The position numbers and the translations under genes are program-made. A stretch of 64,000 bases of DNA, from assembly GCF_006345805.1 (NCBI RefSeq), contig NC_043013.1, positions 40,300,001-40,364,000 of the forward strand, read 5' to 3'. Positions within the stretch are counted from its first letter, which is position 1. Each line of letters begins with the position of its first letter. The DNA is from Octopus sinensis (lineage: Eukaryota). Below the pieces are notes generated by a model that saw only the letters and a list, made by a program, of their open reading frames with translations, had not been told where the DNA came from and made no database searches. Below are positions 48,631 through 61,200 of this stretch, in pieces.

Positions 48631-49268
48631 CATCAATACAATGTAATACATGTAATCAATACATTGTAAATACAATGAATAAACAACAAACATTACTGAA
48701 CATGACAAGCATTTGAAGAAGTCCTGAGGGTACAGGTCCTGAAATGGTATGATCATAGCAACCAAGATGAAAGCATTTATTCAATTGAATTAGTGTTTAT
48801 AATACCTTCAAATTCTTGACACCTAAGTCTATAACACTAGCCACTTAACTCACATTCTACACAGTTGTATACCCTTAGAATAATACTACCTTCATAGCAC
48901 AAACACCATGGAGTCACTGGCCAAGACTAAATAATATCACATCAATTACAGAGTATATAGAAAAACAAAAACCACCCTACAAAATAATAGAATTCATATT
49001 GTACATTCACTACATAATCAAAGAAACACTAAACTAATTTAGAAATAACAAACCAAATTCCACAATAAGGTAAAACTGATGTAGTATAGAATCAAAATTC
49101 TATATTCCCAAAGGACAATGCTGTACATCTCTCATAAATACAGAAGTTCACATAGCAATATTGTAGAAATTTGCATAAAACTTGAAAACATGATAAATAA
49201 TAATGGTAATAATTATAACTGTAAAAAAAAAAGTTTTCCTCAGGAAATTGAATAATTGATTGTCTTAC

Positions 49269-52200
49269 CTTTCATTGGTGATACAGTAGTTGCTAAAATT
49301 GTGGATATATTCAGCATTGTTGTTGTTATTGTTGGAGGAATTATTGAAGTAACTGGTTTAGTTCTCCGGGATATTATTATCATAGAAGTATTTGTACTTG
49401 ATGAACTGCTTGGAGAAGGCAAAACAGTCTTTCCAGTTGAATGAGTTTTTATTGGTGTTGACAGATGTTGCTGGATACTTCTTGAAATCACCAGCATTGT
49501 ACTACTTGCATTTGGTTTTGTTTGGAGAGGGCTACTAGGAGTGCTATATATTTTCTCATCAAAGTCTGTTGCATTGAGTATCTTTGTGACAGGTAATCGT
49601 TTGTTGGCTTTTGCACTGGTGCGAGCTGTTATCATCGTGTAAGACTTATCTTTTGTTCTTGTTGTATTAGTTACAAGAATACCATGAGTAGGCTGTTTAG
49701 TAATATAAAGTTCAGATTCATTAGTAATTTTCATAGAAGTTGAAGGATGAAATGTTTTCAGGACAGTCAGTGTTGAACTTTGATTGGAGGTATTTGTAGT
49801 TGACATCGGAGAAAAATCTGGTTGTTTAACTTTCCTAGTTATGACAGTTAATATTGTTGGTTTTGTTCTTTCAAGAGAGGTTGGTGAATATGAAAAATTT
49901 TGGGCAATTGATTTAGAGTGAGTTGGCAAAGTTGAATTGGTTTCTTCAGAAATATATGTTTCATTATTTGTAACAAAATGTGAAGTAGAAAGGAGAGATG
50001 AAGTTGAAGATTCTGACATATTGGTTGCATTAGGAGGAGACAGAGTAGAGAAATTATGAAATTTAGAAATCAATGATCTCAGTGTAGAAATAGAAGACGT
50101 CTGTAAAGAAGAGACAAATGGAGAAGAGGTTGTAGTAGACAGTGAATCAGGAAATTTTGTCTTTGTAGATAAGAAAGTTGGATGCACAAAGCTACTGCCA
50201 TTAAAAATAGAAATACCTTCACTAAGCGTTGAATGCAATAATGATGCTAAATTTGTAGTAGATGAAAGGCGTGTTGTGTTCAAAGTGAAAATGTCTTCAG
50301 GTAAACTAGATGCACTTGTTGATGCAGAAGTTCTTTCTTCAGGTGTAACTCCTCCCTGAGTCGAAGGCTGAGTAAGGATATCACCATATAAAGTTGTGCT
50401 TTCTGGAGTGGATGTATCAATGTGTGTTGTTTGGGGAAGTTGAGAAGTAGATTTATCAGTTTCTGTTGGAATTTGACTCTTTGAAGTAATCTGTATCGTT
50501 GTGTCTGTGATAGGTTCTGTAAACAATTCTGGTGTGCTGGCTGGTGTAGCAATTTCAAGAGTCTTTTCAGTTGACACCTCAGATATATATTCAGTGCTAG
50601 TTGGATCAGTTAGTGGTTTTTCAGTGGTAGACATGTGTACTGTTGGTGATGAGGGAATTGTCGTTTGAGATAGTGTTAGAATTTTGCTAGCAGCAGGTGT
50701 GATTGGAATAGATGTTTCTCCATCTTTGGCTTGAGTAAAGAGAGTTGATTGTTCCGTAGTTGTAGTGAGTTTTGTTGTGCTTTCAACAGTAGATGTGTGA
50801 ATCTGTGTTGTTTGAGAAAGTTGGGAAGCAGATGCCTCAGTTTCTATCTGAATTTGACTTGTAGAAGTAATCTGTGTTGTTGAGTCTGTCAGAGGTGTTG
50901 TAAACAATGCTGTTGTAGTTGCTCGTGTAGTAATTTCCTGAGTCTTTTCCGTTGAAGCCTTAGTTGTATATTGAGTGCTAGTTTCATCAGTTATTGGTTT
51001 TTCACTGGTAGTAGTGCTTTCTGTTGTCGCTGAAGGAATTGTTGTTTGTGGTGCTGTATGCAGCGTTGTAGCAACGAGCGTTGTTGGTACATCTTTGGCT
51101 CGAGTAGATAGAGATGGTTGTTCTGTAGTTGAGGTGAGAGGTGGTGTAGTCTCTGTTGTTAGGATATCTGTGAATTGTGTTATGCTTTCAACAGTTGGTG
51201 TGTGAATGTGTGTTGTTTGAGGAATTTGAGAAGTAGACTCCTTTGTTTCTGGAGGAATTTGACTCGTCGAAGTAATCAGGGTTGTTGTGGATGTTATATT
51301 TTGCGTAAGGAATTCTGGTGTGGTTTCTGTTGTAGTAATTTCTGGCAACTTTGTAGTTGACGCCTCAGTTGTATATTGAGTGGTAGTTTCATCAGTTATT
51401 GGTTTTTCACTGGTAGTAGTGCTTTCTGTTGTTGCTGAAGGAATTGTTGTTTGTGGTGCTGTATGCAGCGTTGTAGCAACGAGCGTTGTTGTTACATCTT
51501 TGGCTCGAGTAGATAGAGATGGTTGTTCTGTAGTTGAGGTGAGAGGTGGTGTAGTCTCTGTTGTTAGAATATCTGTGAATTGTGTTGTGCTTTCAAAAGT
51601 TGGTGTGTGAATGTGTGTTGTTTGAGGAATTTGAGAAGTAGACTCCTTTGTTTCCGGAGGAATTTGACTCGTCGAAGTAATCTGGGTTGTTGTGGATGTT
51701 ATATTTTGCGTAAGGAATCCTGGTGTGGTTTCTGTTGTAGTAATTTCTGGCAACTTTGTAGTTGACGCCTCAGTTGTATGTTGAGTGGTAGTTTGATCAG
51801 TTATTAGTTTTTCACTGGTAGTACTATGTTCTGTTGTTACTGAAGGAATTGTTGTTTGTGGTGCTGTATGCAGTGTTGTAGCAACGAGCGTTGTTGATAC
51901 ATCTTTGGCTCGAGTAGACAGAGATGGTTGTTCTGTAGTTGAGATGAGAGGTGGTATAGTCTCTGTTGTTTGAATATCTGTGAATTGTGTTGTGCTTTCA
52001 ACAGTTGGTGTGTGAATGTGTGTTGTTTGAGGAATTTGAGAAGTAGATTCCTTCATTTCCGGAGGAATTTGACTCGTCGAAGTAATCTGGGTTATTGTGG
52101 ATGTTATATTTTGCGTAAAGAATTCTGGTGTGGTTTCAGTTGTAGTAATTTCTGGCAACTTTGTACTTGACGCCCAGTTGTATATTGAGTGCTAGTTTGA

Positions 52201-55200
52201 TCAGTTATTGGTTTTTCACTGGTAGTAGTGCTTTCTGTTGTTGCTGAAGGAATTGTTGTTTGTGGTGCTGTATGCAGCGTTGTAGCAACGAGCGTTGTTG
52301 GTACATCTTTGGCACGAGTAGATAGAGATGGTTGTTCTGTAGTTGAGGTGAGAGGTGGTGTAGTCTCTGTTGTAAGAATATCTGTGAATTGTGTTGTGCT
52401 TTCAACAGTTGGCGTGTGAATGTGTGTTGTTTGAGGAATTTGAGAAGTAGACTCCTTTGTTTCCGGAGGAATTTGACTCGTCGAAGTAATCAGGGTTGTT
52501 GTGGATGTTATATTTTGCATAAGGAATTCTGGTGTGGTTTCTGTTGTAGTAATTTCTGGCAACTTTGTAGTTGATGCCTCAGTTGTATATTGAGTGGTTG
52601 TTTGATCAGTTATTGGTTTTTCACTGGTAGTAGTGTGTTCTGTTGTTGCTGAAGGAATTGTTGTTTGTGGTGCTGTATGCAGTTTTGTAGCAACGAGCGT
52701 TGTTGGTACGTCTTTGGCTCGAGTAGACAGAGATGGTTGTTCTGTAGTTGAGGTGAGAGGTGGTGTAGTCTCTGTTGTTAGAATATCTGTGAATTGTGTT
52801 GTGCTTTCAACAGTTGGCGTGTGAATGTGTGTTGTTTGAGGAATTTGAGAAGTAGATTCCTTTGTTTCCGGAGGAATTTGACTCGTCGAAGTAATCAGGG
52901 TTGTTGTGGATGTTATATTTTGCATAAGGAATTCTGGTGTGGTTTCTGTTGTAGTAATTACTGGCACCTTTGTAGTTGACGCCTCAGTTGTATATTGAGT
53001 GGTAGTTTCATCAGTTATTGGTTTTTCACTGGTAGTAGTGTGTTCTGTTGTTGCTGAAGGAATTGTTTGTGGTGCTGTATACAGCGTTGTAGCAACGAGC
53101 GTAGTTGGTACATCTTGGGCTCGAGTAGATAGAGATGGTTGTTCTGTAGTTGAGGTGAGAGGTGGTGTAGTCTCTGTTGTTAGAATATCTGTGAATTGTG
53201 TTGTGCTTTCAACAGTTGGTGTGTGAATGTGTGTTGTTTGAGGAATTTGAGAAGTAGACTCCTTTGTTTCCGGAGGAATTTGACTCGTCGAAGTAATCAG
53301 GGTTGTTGTGGATGTTATATTTTGTGTAAGGAATTCTGGTGTGGTTTCTGTTGTAGTAATTTCTGGCAACTTTGTAGTTGACGCCTCAGTTGTATATTGA
53401 GTGGTAGTTTGATCAGTTATTAGTTTTTCACTGGTAGTAGTGTGTTCTGTTGTTGCTGAAGAATTGTTGTTTGTGGTGCTGTATGCAGTGTTGTAGCAAC
53501 GTGCGTTGTTGGTACATTCTTTTGCTCGAGTAGACAGAGATGGTTGTTCTGTAGTTGAGGTGAGAGGTGGTGTAGTCTCCGTTGTTAGAATATCTGTGAA
53601 TTTTTTGTGCTTCCAAAGTTGGTTTGTGAATGTGTGTTGTTTGAGGAATTTGAGAGGAAGACTCCTTTGTTTCCGGAGGAATTTGACTCGTCGAAGTAAT
53701 CAGGGTTGTTGTGGATGTTATATTTTGTGTAAGGAATTCTGGTGTGGTTTCTGTTGTAATTTCTGGCAACTTTGTAGTTGACGCCTCAGTTGTATATTGA
53801 GTGGTAATTTGATCAGTTATTAGCTTTTCACTGGTAGTAGTGTGTTGTTGTTGCTGAAGGAATCGTTGTTTGTGGTGCTGTATGCAGTGTTGCAGCAACG
53901 AGCGTTGTTGGTACATCTTTGGCTCGAGTAGACAGAGATGGTTGTTTGTTCTGTAGTTGATAGTGGTGTAGTCTCTGTCGTTAGAATATCTGTGTGAATT
54001 GTGTTGTGCTTTCAACAGTTGGTGTGTGAATGTGTGTGTTTGAGGAATTTGAGAAGTAGATTTCTTTGTTTCCGGAGGAATTTGACTCGTCGAAGTAATC
54101 TGGGTCGTTGTGGATGTTATATTTTGCGTAAGGAATTCTGGTGAGGTTGCCGTTGTAGTAATTTCTGGTTTCTTTGTAGTTGACGCCTCGGTTGTATATT
54201 GAGTGGTAGTTTGATCAGTTATTGGTTTTTCACTGGTAGTAGTGTGTTCTGTTGTTGCTGAAGGAATTGTTGTTTGTGGTGCTGTATGCAGTTTTGTAGC
54301 AACGAGCGTTGTTGGTACGTCTTTGGCTCGAGTAGACAGAGATGGTTGTTCTGTAGTTGAGGTGAGAGGTGGTGTAGTCTCTGTTGTTAGAATATCTGTG
54401 AATTGTGTTGTGCTTTCAACAGTTGGTGTGTGAATGTGTGTTGTTTGAGGAATTTGAGAAGTAGATTTCTTGTTTCCGGAGGAATTTGACTCGTCGAAGT
54501 AATCTGGTCGTTGTGGATGTTATATTTTGCGTAAGGAATTCTGGTGTGGTTGCCTGTTGTAGTAATTTCTGGTTCTTTGTAGTTGACGCCTCGTTGTATA
54601 TTGAGTGGTAGTTTGATCAGTTATTGGTTTTTCACTGGTAGTAGTGTGTTCTGTTGTTGCTGAAGGAATTGTTGTTTGTGGTGCTGTATGCAGTTTTGTA
54701 GCAACGAGCGTTGTTGGTACGTCTTTGGCTCGAGTAGACAGAGATGGTTGTTCTGTAGTTGAGGTGAGAGGTGGTGTAGTCTCTGTTGTTAGAATATCTG
54801 TGAATTCTGTTGTGCTTTCAACAGTTGGCGTGTGAATGTGTGTTGTTTGAGGAATTTGAGAAGTAGATTCCTTTGTTTCCGGAGGAATTTGACTCGTCGA
54901 AGTAATCAGGGTTGTTGTGGATGTTATATTTTGCATAAGGAATTCTGGTGTGGTTTCTGTTGTAGTAATTACTGGCACCTTTGTAGTTGACGCCTCAGTT
55001 GTATATTGAGTGGTAGTTTCATCAGTTATTGGTTTTTCACTGGTAGTAGTGTGTTCTGTTGTTGCTGAAGGAATTGTTTGTGGTGCTGTATACAGTGTTG
55101 TAGCAACGAGCGTTGTTGGTAAATCTTGGGCTCGAGTAGATAGAGATGGTTGTTCTGTAGTTGAGGTGAGAGGTGGTGTAGTCTCTGTTGTTAGAATATC

Positions 55201-58200
55201 TGTGAATTGTGTTGTGCTTTCAACAGTTGGTGTGTGAATGTGTGTTGTTTGAGGAATTTGAGAAGTAGACTCCTTTGTTTCCGGAGGAATTTGACTCGTC
55301 GAAGTAATCTTGGTTGTTGTGGATGTTATATTTTGTGTAAGGAATTCTGGTGTGGTTTCTGTTGTAGTAATTTCTGGCAACTTTGTAGTTGACGCCTCAG
55401 TTGTATATTGAGTGGTAGTTTGATCAGTTATTAGTTTTTGACTGGTAGTAGTGTGTTCTGTTGTTGCTGAAGGAATTGTTGTTTGTGGTGCTGTATGCAG
55501 TGTTGTAGCAACGTGCGTTGTTGGTACATCTTTTGCTCGAGTAGACAGAGATGGTTGTTCTGTAGTTGAGGTGAGAGGTGGTGTAGTCTCCGTTGTTAGA
55601 ATATCTGTGAATTTTGTTGTGCTTCCAAAAGTTGGTTTGTGAATGTGTGTTGTTTGAGGAATTTGAGAGGAAGACTCCTTTGTTTCCGGAGGAATTTGAC
55701 TCGTCGAAGTAATCAGGGTTGTTGTGGATGTTATATTTTGTGTAAGGAATTCTGGTGTGGTTTCTGTTGTAGTAATTTCTGGCAACTTTGTAGTTGACGC
55801 CTCAGTTGTATATTGAGTGGTAATTTGATCAGTTATTAGCTTTTCACTGGTAGTAGTGTGTTCTGTTGTTGCTGAAGGAATCGTTGTTTGTGGTGCTGTA
55901 TGCAGTGTTGCAGCAACGAGCGTTGTTGGTACATCTTTGGCTCGAGTAGACAGAGATGGTTGTTCTGTAGTTGATAGTGGTGTAGTCTCTGTCGTTAGAA
56001 TATCCGTGAATTGTGTTGTGCTTTCAACAGTTGGTGTGTGAATGTGTGTTGTTTGAGGAATTTGAGAAGTAGATTTCTTTGTTTCCGGAGGAATTTGACT
56101 CGTCGAAGTAATCTGGGTCGTTGTGGATGTTATATTTTGCGTAAGGAATTCTGGTGAGGTTGCCGTTGTAGTAATTTCTGGTTTCTTTGTAGTTGACGCC
56201 TCGGTTGTATATTGAGTGGTAGTTTGATCAGTTATTAGTTTTTCACTGGTAGTAGTGTGTTCTGTTGTTGCTGAAGGAATTGTTGTTTGTAGTGCTGTAT
56301 GCACTGTTGTAGCAATAGAAATAGAAGACGTCTGTAAAGAAGAGACAAATGGAGAAGAGGTTGTAGTAGACAGTGAATCAGGAAATTTTGTCTTTGTAGA
56401 TAAGAAAGTTGGATGCACAAAGCTACTGCCATTAAAAATAGAAATACCTTCACTAAGCGTTGAATGCAATAATGATGCTAAATTTGTAGTAGATGAAAGG
56501 CGTGTTGTGTTCAAAGAAAATGTCTTCAGGTAAACTAGATGCACTTGTTGATGCAGAAGTTCTTTCTTCAGGTGTAACTCCTCCCTGAGTCGAAGGCTGA
56601 GTAAGGATATCACCATATAAAGTTGTGCTTTCTGGAGTGGATGTATCAATGTGTGTTGTTTGGGAAGTTGAGAAGTAGATTTATCAGTTTCTGTTGGAAT
56701 TTGACTCTTTGAAGTAATCTGTATCGTTGTGTCTGTGATAGGTTCTGTAAACAATTCTGGTGTGCTGGCTGGTGTAGCAATTTCAAGAGTCTTTTCAGTT
56801 GACACCTCAGATATATATTCAGTGCTAGTTGGATCAGTTAGTGGTTTTTCAGTGGTAGACATGTGTACTGTTGGTGATGAGGGAATTGTCGTTTGAGATA
56901 GTGTTAGAATTTTGCTAGCAGCAGGTGTGATTGGAATAGATGTTTCTCCATCTTTGGCTTGAGTAAAGAGAGTTGATTGTTCCGTAGTTGTAGTGAGTTT
57001 TGTGTGTGCTTTCAACAGTAGATGTGTGAATCTGTGTTGTTTGAGAAAGTTGGGAAGCAGATGCCTCAGTTTCTATCTGAATTTGACTTGTAGAAGTAAT
57101 CTGTGTTGTTGAGTCTGTCAGAGGTGTTGTAAACAATGCTGTTGTAGTTGCTCGTGTAGTAATTTCCTGAGTCTTTTCCGTTGAAGCCTTAGTTGTATAT
57201 TGTGTGGTAGTTTGATCAGTTATTTGTTTTTCACTGGTAGTAGTGCTTTCTGTTGTTGCTGAAGGAATTGTTGTTTGTGGTGCTGTATGCAGCGATGTAA
57301 GCGTTGTTGGTACATCTTTGGCTCGAGTAGATAGAGATGATTGTTCTGTAGTTGAGGTGAGAGGTGGTGTAGTCTCTGTTGTTAGGATATCTGTGAATTG
57401 TGTTATGCTTTCAACAGTTGGTGTGTGAATGTGTGTTGTTTGAGGAATTTGAGAAGTAGACTCCTCTTTTTCCGGAGGAATTTGACTCGTCGAAGTAATC
57501 TGGGTTTTTTTGGATGTTATATTTTGCGTAAGGAATTCTGGTGTGGTTTCTGTTGTAGTAATTTCTGGCACCTTTGTAGTTGACGCCTGAGTTGTATATT
57601 GAGTGGTAGTTTGATCAGTTATTAGCTTTTCCCTGGTAGTAGTATGTTCTGTTGTTGCTGATTCAATTGTTGTTTGTGGTGCTGTGTGCAGTGTTGTAGC
57701 AACGGGCGTTGTTGGTACATCTTTGGCTCGAGTAGACAAAGATGGTTGTTTTGTAGTTGAGGTGAGAGGTGGTGCAGTCTCTGTTGTTAGAATATCTGTG
57801 AATTGTGTTATGCTTTCAACAGTTGGTGTGTGAACGTGTGTTGTTTCAGGAATTTGAGAAGTAGATTCCTTTGTTTCCGGAGGAATTTGACTCGTCGAAG
57901 TAATCAGGGTTGTTGTGGATGTTATATTTTGCGTAAGGAATTCTGGTGTGGTTTCTGTTGTAGTATTTTGTGGCATCTTTGTTGTTGACGCCTCAGTTGT
58001 ATATTGAGTGGTAGTTTGATCAGTTATTAGCTTTTCCCTGGTAGTAGTATGTTCTGTTGTTGCTGATTGAATTGTTGTTTGTGGTGCTGTATGCAGTTTT
58101 GTAGCAACGAGCGTTGTTGGGACATCTGTGACTCGAGTAGACAGAGATGGTTGTTCTGTAGCTGAGATGAGAGCTGGTGTAGTCTCTGTTGTTAGAATAT

Positions 58201-61200
58201 GTGTGAATTGTGTTGTGCTTTCAACAGTTGGTGTGTGAATGTGTGTTGTTTGAGGAATTTGGGGAGTAGATTTCTTTGTTTCCGGAGGAATTTGACTCGT
58301 CGAAGTAATCTGGGTTGTTGTGGATGTTATATTTTGCGTAAGGAAGTCTGGTGTGGTTTCTGTTGTAGTAATTTCTGGCAACTGTGTAGTTGACGCCTTA
58401 GTTGTATATGAGTTGTAGTTTGATCAGTGATTAGTTTTTCACTGGTAGTAGTGTGTTCTGTTGTTGCTGAAGGAATTGTTGTTTGTGGTGCTGTATACAG
58501 TGTTGTAGCAACGATCGTTGTTGGTTCATCTTTGGCTCGAATAGACAGAGATGGTTGTTCTGTAGTTGAGGTGAGAGGTGGTGTAGTCTCTGTTGTTACA
58601 ATATCTGTGACTTCTGTTGTGCTTTCAGAAGTTGGTGTGTGAATGTGTGTTGTTTGAGGAATTTGAGAAGTAGATGTCTTTGTTTCCGAAGGAATTTGAC
58701 TCGTCGATGTAATCTGGGTCGTTGTGGATGTTACATTTTGCGTAAGCAATTCTGGTGTGGTTTCTGTTGTAGTAATTTCTGGCAACTTTGTAGTTGACGC
58801 CTCAGTTGTATATTGAGTGGTAGTTTGATCAGTTATTAGTTTTTCACCGGTAGTAGTGTGTTCTGTTGTTGCTGAAGGAATTGATGTTTGTGGTGCTGTA
58901 TGCACTGTTGTTGGAACGAGCGTTGTTGGTACATCTTTGGCTCGAGTAGACAGAGATGGTTGTTCTGTAGTTGAGGTGAGAGGTGGTGTAGTCTCTGTTG
59001 TTTGAATATCTGTGAATTGTGTTGTGCTTTCAGTCGTTGGTGTATGAATGTGTGTTGTTTTAGGAATTTGAGAAGTAGACTTCTTTGTTTCCGGAGGAAT
59101 TTGACTCGTCGAAGTAATCTTGGTTGTTGTGGATGTTATATTTTGCGTAAGGAATTCTGGTGTGGTTTCTGTTGTTGTAATTTCTGGCAACTTTGTAGTT
59201 GACGCCTTAGTTGTATATTGTGTGGTAGTTTGATCAGTTATTAGTCTTTCACTGGTAGTAGTGTGTTCTGTTGTTGCTGAAGGAATTGTTGTTTGTGGTG
59301 CTGTATGCAGTGTTGTAGCAACGAGCGTTGTTGGTACATCTTTGGCTCGAGTAGACAGAGATGGTTGTTCTGTAGTTGAGGTGAGAGGTGGTGTAGTCTC
59401 TGTTGTAAGAATATCTGCGAATTTTGTTGTGCTTTCAGTCGTTGGTGTGTGAATGTGTGTTGTTTGAGGAATTTGAGAAGTAGATTTCTTTGTCTCCGGA
59501 GAAATTTGACTCGTCGAAGTAATCAGGGTTGTTGTGGATGTTATATTTTGCGTAAGGAATTTTGGTGTTGCTTCTGTTGTAGTAATTTCTGGCATCTTTG
59601 TAGTTGATTCCACAGTTGTATATTGAGTGGTAGTTTGATCAGTTATTAGCTTTTCACTGGTAGTAGTGTGTTCTGTTGTTGCTGAAGGAATTGTTGTTTG
59701 TGGTGCTGTATGCACTGTTGTTGGAACGAGCGTTGTTGGTACATCTTTGGCTCGAGTAGACAGAGATGGTTGTTCTGTAGTTGAGGTGAGAGGTGGTGTA
59801 GTCTCTGTTGTTAGAATATCTGTGAATTGTGTTGTGCTTTCAACAGTTGGTGTATGAATGTGTGTTGTTTTAGGAATTTGAGAAGTAGACTTCTTTGTTT
59901 CCGGAGGAATTTGACTCGTCGAAGTAATCTTGGTTGTTGTGGATGTTATATTTTGCGTAAGGATTTCTGGTGTGGTTGCTGTTGTTATAATTTCTGGCAA
60001 CTTTGTAGTTGACGCCTCAGGTGTATATTGTGTGGTAGTTTGATCAGTTATTAATTTTTCACTGGTAGTAGTGTGTTCTGTTGTTGCTGAAGGAATTGCT
60101 GTTTGTGGTGCTGTCTGCAGTTTTGTAGCAACGAGCGTTGTTGGGACACCTTTGACTCGAGTAGACAGAGATGGTTTTTCTGTAGTTGAGGTGAGAGGTG
60201 GTGTAGTCTCTGTTGTAAGAATATCTGTGAATTGTGTTGTGCTTTCAGTCGTTGGTGTGTGAATGTGTGTTGTTTGAGGAATTTGAGAAGTAGATTCCTT
60301 TGTTTCCGGAGAAATTTGACTCGTCGAAGTAATCATGGTTGTTGTGGATGTTATATTTTGCGTAAGGAATTTTGCTGTTGTTTCTGTTGTAGTAATTTCT
60401 GGCATCTTTGTAGTTGATTCCTCAGTTGTATATTGAGTGGTAGTTTGATCAGTTATTAGCTTTTCACTGGTAGTAGTGTGTTTTGTTGTTGCTGAAGGAA
60501 TTGTTGTTTGTGGTGCTGTATGCAGTGTTGTAGCAAAGATCGTTGTTGGTTCATCTTTGGCTCGAGCAGACAGAGATGGTTGTTCTGTAGTTGAGGTGAG
60601 AGGTGGTGTAGTCTCTGTTGTTAGAATATCTGTGAATTCTGTTGTGCTTTCAACAGTTGGTGTGTGAATGTGTGTTGTTTGAGAAATTTGAGAAGTAGAT
60701 TTCTTTGTTTCAGGAGGAATTTTACTCGTCGAAGTAATCTGGGTCATTGTGGATGTTATATTTTGCGTAAGGAATTCTGGTGTGGTTTCAGTTGTAGTAA
60801 TTTCTGGCAACTTTGTAGTTGACGCCTTAGTTGTATATTGAGTGGTAGTTTGATCAGTTATTAGTTTTTCACTGGTAGTAGTGTGTTTTGTTGTTGCTGA
60901 AGGAATTGTTGTTTGTGGTGCTGTATGCAGTGTTGTAGCAAAGATCGTTGTTGGTTCATCTTTGGCTCGAGCAGACAGAGATGGTTGTTCTGTAGTTGAG
61001 GTGAGAGGTGGTGTAGTCTCTGTTGTTTGAATATCTGTGAATTCTGTTGTGCTTTCAACAGTTGGTGTATAAATGTGTGTTGTTTTAGGAATTTGAGAAG
61101 TAGACTTCTTTGTTTCCGGAGGAATTTGACTCATCGAAGTAATCTTGGTTGTTGTGGATGTTATATTTTGCGTAAGGAATTCTGTTGTGGTTCCTGTAGT

